A stretch of 64,000 nucleotides of DNA from NCBI GenBank assembly GCA_964618805.1, contig CAZUBM010000003.1, positions 23,742 to 87,741 of the forward strand, written 5' to 3'. This document shows positions 1 through 9,079 of this stretch, in pieces. The notes under the pieces were generated by a model that was given only the letters and a program-made list of their open reading frames with translations, was not told where the DNA came from and did not search any database. The stretch's first letter is position 1; every line of letters begins with the position of its first letter. The translations under genes were made by a program, and so were the position numbers. Source of the stretch: an uncultured Nitrososphaerota archaeon. Its GTDB lineage: Archaea > Korarchaeota > Korarchaeia > Korarchaeales > Korarchaeaceae.

Positions 1-221
1 ACTGCTCTATCAACAGGTTTAAGGTTCTGCATCATGAACAATCGTTCCTTTTCTGAGAAGATTGGAGGATGACCCTTGTACTTTCTAACATTCTTGTCTC
101 TAGCTATAATCACAACTAATTCTCCATCAGGACCTGCTAACTTCTTCGCTTCTATCAGAAGTCTCACATGCCCTGCATGGATTATATCGAACGTTCCTGC
201 CGTTAGCACCTTCTTTCCCAA
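1..221 (-). CDS. ribL: FAD synthetase / cytidylyltransferase family (5' part; runs off window edge)
   Basis: Manual translation from TTG at 221: MGKKVLTAGTFDIIHAGHVRLLIEAKK..LVVIIARD..PIFSEKER; GTFD and HxGH nucleotidyltransferase motifs. Confidence 0.8.
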   Translation of the reverse strand, partial: MGKKVLTAGTFDIIHAGHVRLLIEAKKLAGPDGELVVIIARDKNVRKYKGHPPIFSEKERLFMMQNLKPVDRA

Positions 222-295
222 TCTGCCTCAACTCCTTCCATTCGGTGTTGTTTTAAATACCTCTCCTAACCATCGTCAGTAGGGAGTGCCTGGAT

Positions 296-1234
296 TTGGA
301 AGGCCTCTTAGTGTGGCTTGAATCCCAAGGAGATCCGCCATACAGCTTATTAACCCATGGTGAAGACTTAGATGGATTAGTCTCAGCTGGGATATTCTTA
401 AAGATCCTAGAAAAAGTTGTGAATCTGAAATTTTCGGCGCCATACTGGGCTATAGATGATAAGAAAATGTATGACATAGTGACAGACCTCCCTCCTCCGA
501 AAGGCGGGTGTAAAATTCTAATCGATCATCATCCTAGCAACGTTGAACTCGGAAGGAAGAGGGCAATCAAATCATTTGTCCGGCCTAGTTACCCATCAAC
601 AGCTCTCCTTGCATGGGAATTGCTTAATGAGGAAACAGATCTAAATCAACTGAAGCCATTAGTGGATTTAACTTCAGAAGTGGACTCAGGCAAGTATGAT
701 GAGGGTTCAATAAGATTTACAGTAGTAGTTAGGAAACTGTTCTCATCTCCAAGTAGAGAGACTACTCTTAGAAGAGTAGTTAAAGAGCTGATAGAAGAAG
801 CGCCGTCAAGTGGAGAAGGATTGCTAAAACTTAGGTCTATTTTCCCTGTTTGGAAGGATATTGAAAACGAGGAGGGCGATTTTCTATCTTGGATAAATTC
901 TCTACCAATGAAGGTTACAGATGGAAGAGATCTTGCAGTAATAATTCATGTTGGAAGGGGTCCAGGGTACCTAAGCCCATTAATTCACTATAAGCTTCAG
1001 AATTTGGTTGATCTAGAAGCCGTCCTTAGGATATCCGACGATGGTAAAGGAAGGCTTTCGATAAGGAGTAGAGAGGGTTCTAAAGTAAGTGCTCTGGAAC
1101 TTGCTGCGAAACTTGGTGGCGGTGGACATGAGAGGGCAGCTGGTGCCACCATTGACCCGAAAGATATAGAATTACTTGAGAAAATCCTTAGGAGGATTGG
1201 TCTGAAGGTTATGATGATTAACAAACCTCATTGA
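296..1234 (+). CDS. DHH family phosphoesterase with DHHA1 domain (NrnA/RecJ-like)
   Basis: THxxDLDG, TD, IDHH and C-terminal SIRS..GGGGHERAAG motifs. Confidence 0.85.
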   Translation: MEGLLVWLESQGDPPYSLLTHGEDLDGLVSAGIFLKILEKVVNLKFSAPYWAIDDKKMYDIVTDLPPPKGGCKILIDHHPSNVELGRKRAIKSFVRPSYPSTALLAWELLNEETDLNQLKPLVDLTSEVDSGKYDEGSIRFTVVVRKLFSSPSRETTLRRVVKELIEEAPSSGEGLLKLRSIFPVWKDIENEEGDFLSWINSLPMKVTDGRDLAVIIHVGRGPGYLSPLIHYKLQNLVDLEAVLRISDDGKGRLSIRSREGSKVSALELAAKLGGGGHERAAGATIDPKDIELLEKILRRIGLKVMMINKPH

Positions 1235-1264
1235 TTTATATGGCTGCTTGATTAAATTTCACTT

Positions 1265-1323
1265 GGCCGATGAAGAAGGAGGTGATCTCTGAGTAATGAT
1301 GATGCACGAAAAAGACGGAGGCC
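1265..1323 (+). ncRNA. Candidate box C/D guide sRNA
   Basis: GGCC stem (1265-68), C ATGAAGA (1270-76), 12-nt guide, D' CTGA (1289-92), C' ATGATGA (1296-1302), 13-nt guide, variant D CGGA (1316-19), GGCC (1320-23). Confidence 0.5.
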
Positions 1324-1345
1324 GCTTGTTGAGGTGCTTTAGATC

Positions 1346-1711
1346 TTGAAGGACCTTGACAGGATTAATGAGATTTTAAATGGACTTAGGAGGGGGAAAA
1401 TTCAGATCTCTTACGCTGCTCAGGAATTTTGGTGTCTCTTATGTGAGTTTTCTGAGCAATTATCTGAGATCCTAGCGAGGGTTCCTCCTGAGATTTTGTA
1501 CCAATTGATAAGAGCTGGACTTTTGAGCGCTGATCCGGATATGTTTAGACTTGGTGAGGAGAACATTTGGTTTAGAGAGAAAGTTGGAAGTGTAATACGA
1601 TCTCTAGATAGGGATGAGCTTGAAGAGGTTTCCAAAGCTATACTAAATTCAGGTTTGGAGAGAAGTGCACTCGCATCAAGGGTCTTTTATATGCACAAAA
1701 AGTTAAGATGA
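1346..1711 (+). CDS. Hypothetical helical protein
   Basis: 121-aa ORF; GAGGTG SD upstream of TTG; no recognised motif. Confidence 0.6.
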   Translation: MKDLDRINEILNGLRRGKIQISYAAQEFWCLLCEFSEQLSEILARVPPEILYQLIRAGLLSADPDMFRLGEENIWFREKVGSVIRSLDRDELEEVSKAILNSGLERSALASRVFYMHKKLR

Positions 1712-1724
1712 ATCTAAAGAAGGA

Positions 1725-1851
1725 TCGGGGCGCCGGGATTCGAACCCGGGACCTGCCGGTTTCTGATAGTTCTTGAATGAGCGGCTACCGAAAGGGCTCG
1801 GTATCCGCCGAACCCCTACAGCCGGCCGCTCTACCACTGAGCTACGCCCCG
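1725..1851 (-). tRNA. tRNA-Tyr(GTA) with 55-nt intron at 37/38 (1761-1815)
   Basis: Reverse complement CGGGGCGTAGCTCAGTGGTAGAGCGGCCGGCTGTAG-[intron]-ACCGGCAGGTCCCGGGTTCGAATCCCGGCGCCCCGA; C1-G72 and A73 are archaeal Tyr identity elements. Confidence 0.93.
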
Positions 1852-1923
1852 AATCCTAGAGATCTACTATCACTTCATAAGTATTAAAAGATTGCTTGTC
1901 CTCTCAGCTAACAGCCTAAGAAC

Positions 1924-2205
1924 TTATTCGACTAACAAGCAAGGAACTCCTTTGTAAATTCCATACCTTCCTCCACAAGATTTGCAGACAAGTTCTCCAG
2001 CAACTATCTCTGTACCTAGACAGATCTCACAATCTTCAGGACGTATTTTTGACGGAGATTCCCCTCTCATTGCACAGAATTTTTTGCAAAGCACTCTCTT
2101 AGGCCTCTTCTGCGTTCCTATTTTCTCTGTCGTGTAATTTATTAGGGTTAAAGGGAAGCTATTACATTTTGGACATATCAAAACGTCCAAAAGCATGAAT
2201 TTCAA
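1924..2205 (-). CDS. trm112: Trm112-family methyltransferase activator
   Basis: LLDVLICPxC..PL..EIxxGELVCxxCGxxYxIxxGVPxLL pattern. Confidence 0.8.
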   Translation of the reverse strand: MKFMLLDVLICPKCNSFPLTLINYTTEKIGTQKRPKRVLCKKFCAMRGESPSKIRPEDCEICLGTEIVAGELVCKSCGGRYGIYKGVPCLLVE

Positions 2206-2915
2206 TTCATCAGCCTCTCAACTACTTTTGGGAGATCTTTAAGCGAATATATAACCTCATCCACGTACTTTGGAGGCTTTAAGGGCTGGTGTTCCCATGG
2301 GATCCAAACGGTTCTGATGCCTAGATTTTTAGCACCAAGCATGTCGTCCTCCAACTCGTCTCCAACCATAACGCACTCATGTGGGCTTGATTTAGCGGTT
2401 TGAAGAGCTAATTGAAATATTTTTGGATGAGGCTTCCTATATCCCACTTCCTCTGAAAATAATGTTGCTGAGAAGTAGTTTAAGAGACCATTTCTCCTTA
2501 AAATCTCTCTGCCCATCCATGCAAAGGAGATATTTGAGATTAAAATGAGCGAATATTTCCTAGAAAGGCGTTTAACTACCTCTTTTACGCCCTCCCTTAA
2601 CTTTGTCAGCTCCAAATATGGTTTTGAATACGCATTTAGATGTTCCTTTCCAACCGATACGCTTAATCCCAGCCTGTCAAAAAACATTGATATCGCCTTT
2701 TTTGCTGGAATCTCCTTCAATGTACTCTTTCTTATCTTAGAATGCTCTTCTTCAACGTTTTTATAGGTTGAATAAGCGAATTCCAAATAATCATCCGAAG
2801 GATCCATTCCACAAGCTCTTAGCAGCTCAAGAACTCTGATCTTAATGTAAAGGGTCTTTGAAACCTTAGGTTCTATTAGGGTCCCCCACAAATCCATCAA
2901 AACAGCAGATGTCAT
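2202..2915 (-). CDS. HAD superfamily hydrolase (subfamily IA)
   Basis: DLWGTL, ISN, KPHPKIF, VGDxxxxD motifs. Confidence 0.85.
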   Translation of the reverse strand: MTSAVLMDLWGTLIEPKVSKTLYIKIRVLELLRACGMDPSDDYLEFAYSTYKNVEEEHSKIRKSTLKEIPAKKAISMFFDRLGLSVSVGKEHLNAYSKPYLELTKLREGVKEVVKRLSRKYSLILISNISFAWMGREILRRNGLLNYFSATLFSEEVGYRKPHPKIFQLALQTAKSSPHECVMVGDELEDDMLGAKNLGIRTVWIPWEHQPLKPPKYVDEVIYSLKDLPKVVERLMN

Positions 2916-2967
2916 CGATGACCAAAAAGGGGAAATTCATAAAAATGGTTCTGATAGGCAACATAGC

Positions 2968-3237
2968 ATGTCATCAGCTGAAAGGCCAAGGTACGAGGTC
3001 AAGATAGTCAGGTTAGAGAGAGCTCTGAGGACGAAAAAAGAGGTTAGGGAGAAGGTTAAAGAATTGCTAGGGGGGAACATGGTCAAGAAGTTCAGCAAAG
3101 ACGCGGTCGACTGTCCTGTACTTGAGAAAAGAGTGTCCTTTCTCGAATGTTATATATGTCCTAATTTCATTAGGAGATTCAAGGGAACCGTTCACTGCAG
3201 GGGTGAACCTATCTCGACCTCCTCCGCAGAAGAATAA
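2968..3237 (+). CDS. Small Cys-containing hypothetical protein (possible metal binder)
   Basis: DCP..ECYICP..VHC pattern; basic 89-aa ORF. Confidence 0.6.
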   Translation: MSSAERPRYEVKIVRLERALRTKKEVREKVKELLGGNMVKKFSKDAVDCPVLEKRVSFLECYICPNFIRRFKGTVHCRGEPISTSSAEE

Positions 3238-3847
3238 GTGTAACTAGGAATGAAAGTATTGCTGATAGCAGTGAAAGCGTGAGAATCCAGGAGAATAATG
3301 GCATCCTTCTAATCTCAGAGACTGCAGATACGTTTTCTGCTTCTGAAACTGTTGGATGCAATGGTGGAGCTTGAAATGGGCCCTTTTCACGTAAGCCACT
3401 CACCTCGGGTGTCATAAGAGGTCCAAAATAAGCCCAGCCCCAAGCTAAACAGACTGCTATGAGAATAACAGGTATTATAGGCCTTGCTGCTAACCATAAA
3501 GTTTTACTGGTCCCTTCCAGCCAATTTCGTAGGGATTTAATGGTTTTCTCTTTATTTCCAGCCGATAGAATTATAGATGTTGCTACAAGGGAATAAAGCT
3601 TCCTTCTACCCCTCTTACCAGCCGTGATTTCCTCTATTTTAATAATTCCTGCTTTTTCTAGCCTTTTTATGTGAAAAAGGACGGTATTCACCGGAATTTC
3701 TAACTGTTCAGCGAGCATTCCAGCGCTTTGAGGTCCTTTAGCTAGCATCATGAGTATTTTTCTACCTGTCTCATTTGCGAGCTCGGAACCAAGAGCAGAT
3801 ATAGCTGAACTGTTGAGATCTAACAATAAGGGCTCGTCTTTCATCAA
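3209..3847 (-). CDS. ArsR-type winged-helix regulator with two C-terminal TM helices
   Basis: LANETGRKILxxL..HIKRLEKAGII..GRRKLY; hydrophobic IIPVILIAVCLAWGW and WILTLSLLSAILSFLVTLILL-RRR. Confidence 0.75.
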   Translation of the reverse strand: MMKDEPLLLDLNSSAISALGSELANETGRKILMMLAKGPQSAGMLAEQLEIPVNTVLFHIKRLEKAGIIKIEEITAGKRGRRKLYSLVATSIILSAGNKEKTIKSLRNWLEGTSKTLWLAARPIIPVILIAVCLAWGWAYFGPLMTPEVSGLREKGPFQAPPLHPTVSEAENVSAVSEIRRMPLFSWILTLSLLSAILSFLVTLILLRRRSR

Positions 3848-3889
3848 ACTATTAAATTTCGAGGCTCTTAAAAAAGGATATGATTTACT

Positions 3890-4528
3890 TCAATCACTGT
3901 TGAACTTTTTGAGTATGACCTTAGCGACTTTTATAAGATCCTTCTCTCTGATTGTGACGTCTGCTAGCTTTTCAAGTTCTCTATTAGATGGTAAAAATGC
4001 TATCTTATAAACTTCAGGAAGTTTAAACATTTCTAGATCGTTTTCAGAGTCTCCAACAACTATGATGCGATTTAGTGGAATTGAGAACCTTTCACTTAGC
4101 TCAATGACTTTTCTACCCTTATCATGATAACCTACCCTCGTCTTCCAACCCACTACGATGTTGTTCCTCAGTTCAAGTTCATTTGCCTCATAGAAATCGA
4201 GAGAAACTTCCTTAAGGACCTGATCCAGAACAACATTGAGGCCTGCGCTTACTACTCCAACGATAAAACCATTGGATCTCAGAAGGTTAACAGCATCTCT
4301 CGCTCCTTTCATCAATCTAACTCCTTTAAGTACTGAAAGAGCTGGAGAAAAATCCCTTCCTATCCAAGTACTTATGTCAAGCTCAGCCCATCGATCATAG
4401 TCTATTGTGCCATCCCGATACATTCTCTCATAATCTCTTGCCTGATCCTTAGTTCCCATTGCCTCATGAATTAGCCACCAAGAGCTCTTAGTTTCTATTA
4501 GAGTCCCATCCATATCAAAAACTACCAT
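3890..4528 (-). CDS. serB: Phosphoserine phosphatase-like HAD (IB)
   Basis: VFDMDGTL, SSW, VSAG, ANEL, K, VGDSEND motifs; start moved to ATG 4528, 10 nt after serS stop. Confidence 0.7.
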   Translation of the reverse strand: MVVFDMDGTLIETKSSWWLIHEAMGTKDQARDYERMYRDGTIDYDRWAELDISTWIGRDFSPALSVLKGVRLMKGARDAVNLLRSNGFIVGVVSAGLNVVLDQVLKEVSLDFYEANELELRNNIVVGWKTRVGYHDKGRKVIELSERFSIPLNRIIVVGDSENDLEMFKLPEVYKIAFLPSNRELEKLADVTIREKDLIKVAKVILKKFNSD

Positions 4529-4538
4529 TCCTTTTCGT

Positions 4539-6113
4539 CTATGGCCAAGTGATGAGTTTTGGTATTTTTGGAATATACGCTCTTTCATATCTCTCCCTCA
4601 CTTCTCTTGGCCACTTTTCTGTTTCAAAGCCATGTCTTGCCAGAAAAGCGACTAGATATCTGGTGAGGCCATAACCATTACAACCGGTCCAAACCTCGGT
4701 ATTCGCCTTAATCTTGAAGCTATTGACATATTTCTTCTTGTGCACGTTTATTCCATTTATCTCCAGCCATTCAGCCTCTTCTCTACTGCCTTTATATGGC
4801 AGATAAGCTTCTATATCTAGAGTAGGAACCTCTGGATATTTCTCCCCTGATATGTCGACAAGCTTTTCCTTGGCTTGCTCCGTTGTCATGTAGAACGGAG
4901 CACCAACTGTCATTCTAACTTCAAGATCTAAGACTTTATCCAAGAACCTGAATGTCTTGTCGGCCAAGTCCCACCTTATATCTATAACCTGTTCTGGCGT
5001 ACCTAACCAGACAGCTTCAAGTCTGAAGAATTCAACTGTCCTTAATAATCCCTCTACTCCGCCTCCTTCCCATCTGTAAGTCCAGCCTGATGCGTCATAA
5101 ACTTTTACGGGTAAGATCTCCTCTGGAGCTATCTCCCCGCTAAAGAATTGGTAAAAGGGCTCGCATTGAGCTGCTGCTAAGATATGAGTAGGTCCCTCTA
5201 ACTCCTTCCTAACAAGAGATGGATCTGCCTTCTTTTTCAACCTAGCCTCAAGTTTGAACTCCTTTAATGCCTCCGGATCCCTTCCTGCATGACAGACATA
5301 CATCAAGCCCTCTGCCAAATGCTCAAAGTACCCTGGCATTCTCTCATAGACGTCCCAAGGGATCAATTTAGGGAACATCCACTCCTGAAAGCCTAAAGGA
5401 ATCAGGATGTGATCCTCTATCATTTCCTTCAGGACCCTAAGAAGTCTTGCCATAGGCGAAGTTATCACCCATTGTCCTCGGCCTGGAAATCGCTTTATCC
5501 AGCCCTTCTTAATGGCTAAATTGCTTGGATCAATTGGAGCTCCATTTTCAATAGCATACGTTTTCTGAGGAGTCTCAGTTAGTACAGTTCCGACAGGTAC
5601 TAACTTTCCCTTTGGAACCAGTACCCTCTTTGAGACTTCTGTTAGCTCTGTCAGTGCTCTATCTATTAAACGAGACTTTATGTCCTTTTCCTCCAAATCC
5701 TTAAAGACTATCACAAGTGGTTCCTCGCTAAGCACTTCTGCATAATCTCCTAGAATCCTATTTACATCGATAGATTTTATTTTGACGTCTGTCTTTATCC
5801 TATACTCTTCTATTTTGAGATCCCTTATGCCCAACCTCCTCCTTGATAGCTCTGCTAGGAGGAGATTCTTCAGTCTAAGCATCGCATCATGAGGTCTTAG
5901 GTACCTGGTTCCTTCTATCTTGATCTTCAATGTATTCCCTTTAGCCTCCCAATTTACGATTCTGCTTCCTTTCTTGCCTCTAGGAACCCCTTTGTTAAAT
6001 TGTTCAGGAACTTTATGCTGGATTATTTCAGATATGGTGACTATATCCTCTTCCTCGAGGTTTCTGTTGAATCTCAGCCAGCCCTTCAATAGGAAGTCCA
6101 TCTCTACTTCCAT
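4539..6113 (-). CDS. serS: Seryl-tRNA synthetase, methanogen-type (SerRS2)
   Basis: N-terminal RPHDAMLRLKN domain; AQCEPFY, GWTYRWEGGG..R..EFxRxE, WTGCNGYGLTR (Cys/Glu/Cys zinc-ligand pattern). Confidence 0.9.
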   Translation of the reverse strand: MEVEMDFLLKGWLRFNRNLEEEDIVTISEIIQHKVPEQFNKGVPRGKKGSRIVNWEAKGNTLKIKIEGTRYLRPHDAMLRLKNLLLAELSRRRLGIRDLKIEEYRIKTDVKIKSIDVNRILGDYAEVLSEEPLVIVFKDLEEKDIKSRLIDRALTELTEVSKRVLVPKGKLVPVGTVLTETPQKTYAIENGAPIDPSNLAIKKGWIKRFPGRGQWVITSPMARLLRVLKEMIEDHILIPLGFQEWMFPKLIPWDVYERMPGYFEHLAEGLMYVCHAGRDPEALKEFKLEARLKKKADPSLVRKELEGPTHILAAAQCEPFYQFFSGEIAPEEILPVKVYDASGWTYRWEGGGVEGLLRTVEFFRLEAVWLGTPEQVIDIRWDLADKTFRFLDKVLDLEVRMTVGAPFYMTTEQAKEKLVDISGEKYPEVPTLDIEAYLPYKGSREEAEWLEINGINVHKKKYVNSFKIKANTEVWTGCNGYGLTRYLVAFLARHGFETEKWPREVRERYERAYIPKIPKLITWP

Positions 6114-6228
6114 CCTCTAGCCTACAAATAAAGATGAAGGAATTGGTTCTCCTATGAAGATCAGGTTTCACGAGCCTTGTGAGAATCATGGAGATTGTTA
6201 GTTTTTAAAATCCTGTCAGCTTATCTAA

Positions 6229-7365
6229 TTGTTGCCATCAGTTTTATACATTGGAGACGCCTGCTACAAACATATCCAGCGCTGGATGTTGTCCTTCGCT
6301 GATTTAGGATGGAATGTCTCAGTAATAACGAGAAAAACATATGAGCTCAACTCTGAATTTCTTAAGACCCATAATATAAGGCAATACGTAATTCCAAGGC
6401 CCTATGGATCGCAGATCATGTACGGCCTTCTATCCCTAGTCTTTCCTATGTATTTTAGAAAAGTTGTTCAGGAAGTCAAACCTGACCTGATACATGTCCA
6501 TAGCATTTTATATGCCATGATCTCTGCTTTTTCAGAATTTCATCCCAAGATAGTAACTGTTTGGGGATATTATCATATCATAAAAAGTTGGATCGTTAAG
6601 AGGTGGCTTGAGCGCAGATCCTTAAAATCGGCGGATATTATTACAGTTAATTCTCCCAGTTTAGCCAAGAAAATAAGCGAAGTTTACGGAATTTCGCCAG
6701 AAAAAATCCTTTTTCTTTTTTGGGGAGTTAATTTGAATACATTTAAGCGAGGCTACAAGAATGAAATGGAAAGGTTAAGGAAGGAGTTAGATCTAGAATG
6801 GGCTGAAACTATATTTCTGAGCCCCAGGGCAACCACGCCTCATTATAACATAGATGTGATAATAAAGGCTTTTTCTAATCTAGTAGCTGAGAGCGAGAGA
6901 GCTGCGTTGATAATTCTAAAAGGGACAGGAAAGGATGAATATGTAAATAAAATCGTAAGGCTTGCGAAGAAGCTTAAAGTTCATTCTAGAATTAGGGTTA
7001 TTGATAGGTTCTTATCGGAGAAGGAGATGGCAATAATGTTCAATTTATGCGATGCATTTATTTCAATACCGAACACGGATCAGATCGCATTTACTGTCGT
7101 AGAAGGCATGGCTTGTGGTTCTGTGCCGATAATAAGTGACTTGCCTGACTATGATGGAATAATAGATCACGGAGTTGGGGGGTTTAGAGTTAGACCTAGG
7201 GATGTGGACTCTTTAACCACATTTATGGAGATGATAGTAAGAGATAAATCTATTAGAGAGGCTATTTCCTCAAAAAACATAAAGCTAGTTAAGGAATTTG
7301 CCGATCGAGAAAGGAATCTCAAGAGAATGTATGAACTGTACGAGTCATTAGTTTTAGAGGAATGA
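6229..7365 (+). CDS. GT4 (GT-B) glycosyltransferase
   Basis: KPDLIHVH, DQIAFTVVEGMACGSVPI motifs. Confidence 0.85.
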   Translation: MLPSVLYIGDACYKHIQRWMLSFADLGWNVSVITRKTYELNSEFLKTHNIRQYVIPRPYGSQIMYGLLSLVFPMYFRKVVQEVKPDLIHVHSILYAMISAFSEFHPKIVTVWGYYHIIKSWIVKRWLERRSLKSADIITVNSPSLAKKISEVYGISPEKILFLFWGVNLNTFKRGYKNEMERLRKELDLEWAETIFLSPRATTPHYNIDVIIKAFSNLVAESERAALIILKGTGKDEYVNKIVRLAKKLKVHSRIRVIDRFLSEKEMAIMFNLCDAFISIPNTDQIAFTVVEGMACGSVPIISDLPDYDGIIDHGVGGFRVRPRDVDSLTTFMEMIVRDKSIREAISSKNIKLVKEFADRERNLKRMYELYESLVLEE

Positions 7366-7452
7366 TGTTCTAACCATCATCAATAAAAAGGCGCTTTGGA
7401 GAGATTTCGGATCTACTTTTTCTAAGCCCTTTAAATCCTTTTGTAGTTTTAT

Positions 7453-7848
7453 CTAAGATAACTTTTTACTCCTACTTCTCACATTAACGAATTCATCAAA
7501 GGAAATCCCATCGTTCTTACTCACACGAAAAGATCTTCGAGCCTTAACAAGATCTTCCAGTTCAACAACTCTGGGCCTCTGCCTGTAAAATGAGAATATA
7601 ATTACGGGTGTAGCATCAAAAATGCTAGCTAGCTCGGCCAATTTCCTTATCTCGTCTTCAGGCAGGTAGATAGCGGATTCCTCCTTTCTAGTAATGTTCT
7701 TGCACTCAGCAATAAATTTCTCATCTCCCAACTTAAAGAACAGATCTGCTGGTTTTGATCCGGCAAATCTTATGACAGGAATGCCTTTTTCCTCGAGAAA
7801 TCTTTTAATTGAGTATTCTAGGCCATAACCCTTCCTATAACTGCTCAT
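7453..7848 (-). CDS. hjc: Holliday junction resolvase Hjc/Hje
   Basis: YRKGxxxE..RFAGS..ADL..IAECK. Confidence 0.8.
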   Translation of the reverse strand: MSSYRKGYGLEYSIKRFLEEKGIPVIRFAGSKPADLFFKLGDEKFIAECKNITRKEESAIYLPEDEIRKLAELASIFDATPVIIFSFYRQRPRVVELEDLVKARRSFRVSKNDGISFDEFVNVRSRSKKLS

Positions 7849-7858
7849 TTCAGATCAT

Positions 7859-9079
7859 CTACTCTAAAATAAATCTCCTTATAGTAATTGGTCTCCCTGA
7901 AATATAGAGACCTTCCCTTTCAGAAAGTTTGTGCACTTCATCCAGAATTTTCCTATCCATCGACCTTAAAACATCTGCTAATGGTCTATTTGCGGCCAAA
8001 TTTATTGGATGAAGCAAGATTATGGAGGAAAAGCATCCTACAGCTGAAGGATCGACTTCATATGTGGTGCTAATGAGGGCTCCTTTAGAAGAAAGTGATT
8101 CTAAGAGTTGGAGAATGAGGTCCTTGCTCTCTCCCCTAAGGATCTCTCTTTGTAGAGATCTAAATAAAGAGGCTACGACTACAAAATCCCTATAGTCCAG
8201 CGCAGAAACTTGTAAAAGCACGAGGAGTGTTGCGAGTTCTTTTGAGAACTCGCTTTCAAGATCCGTTAGATCTATGATCAAAGGTCCAAGCTTAGGTAAG
8301 AGATCTGGAAGTAGAAATCTTTCTGGGCCAACTATTTGTTTAATTGCCAACCTGAAAGACTCTGGTGTCGTCTGATCCTTAAGTAGGATATCCCATCTTC
8401 CTTTACTAGCAGCTGCCACAATCATTGAAGGAATCGCGCCTGTTAGATTCGACAATATGCTAGCTAGAATAACAGGAAATGATTCACCAAGTCTTCCAGG
8501 GTAGAGGAATTCTATTTCATCAGGTTTTGCTATTCTAAATGGAATCTTCTTTTCCTCTAAAAGCTTAATGGATCTTCCATCTCTATCAATAATTACCAAG
8601 CGGTAGAGAGATCTTATTAGATAAATCGATAGCTTCGCCAATGCTTCTTCAGCTTCAGATGGAGAGGCTCTAATAACTATTAGACTTGGTATTTCTCTTA
8701 TGAAAGGCGTCGTTGGTTGTTCCTTTATTTCTTCTTGCTTCAATTCTTTCTTACTGAGAACAATCCCTTGAAAGTAAAAGGATTCTGATATTGTTGGGAG
8801 TATGATTGCCACAAGAACTCCTAAAAGGGGGGAAATAAGGTAAGCGATAAAGAATGAGATTAGCAAAATGAGAACGGTTGGCTTTGGTCTTTCTAGAGGA
8901 TTATACTTAGCTGCATATACCCCCAATAAGAGTCCAAAGACGACAGCTAATAGGGGAGATATTCTAGGATTCTCCATTCTTTCTGCCTCAATTGCAAATA
9001 TGAGAGCTAGAACTAGGAGCAGGATTAATATCATCTTCTTCAAGTTCGGTGCCCCCTCTTGTGAAAATTGATCGTTCAA
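7859..9079 (-). CDS. Membrane protein with degenerate HerA/VirB4-like ATPase domain
   Basis: 3-4 N-terminal TM helices; LVIIDRDG and IIDLTDL segments resemble HerA family; Walker A/B absent. Confidence 0.5.
   Translation of the reverse strand: MNDQFSQEGAPNLKKMILILLLVLALIFAIEAERMENPRISPLLAVVFGLLLGVYAAKYNPLERPKPTVLILLISFFIAYLISPLLGVLVAIILPTISESFYFQGIVLSKKELKQEEIKEQPTTPFIREIPSLIVIRASPSEAEEALAKLSIYLIRSLYRLVIIDRDGRSIKLLEEKKIPFRIAKPDEIEFLYPGRLGESFPVILASILSNLTGAIPSMIVAAASKGRWDILLKDQTTPESFRLAIKQIVGPERFLLPDLLPKLGPLIIDLTDLESEFSKELATLLVLLQVSALDYRDFVVVASLFRSLQREILRGESKDLILQLLESLSSKGALISTTYEVDPSAVGCFSSIILLHPINLAANRPLADVLRSMDRKILDEVHKLSEREGLYISGRPITIRRFILE

Noticed and set aside
1289-1345. In-frame TAG (1340) between a CTG with perfect SD and ORF 1346, as possible pyrrolysine/readthrough
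   Set aside because: No pyl genes in the window, CTG starts are rare, ORF 1346 has its own SD, and the C/D sRNA reading explains the sequence better.
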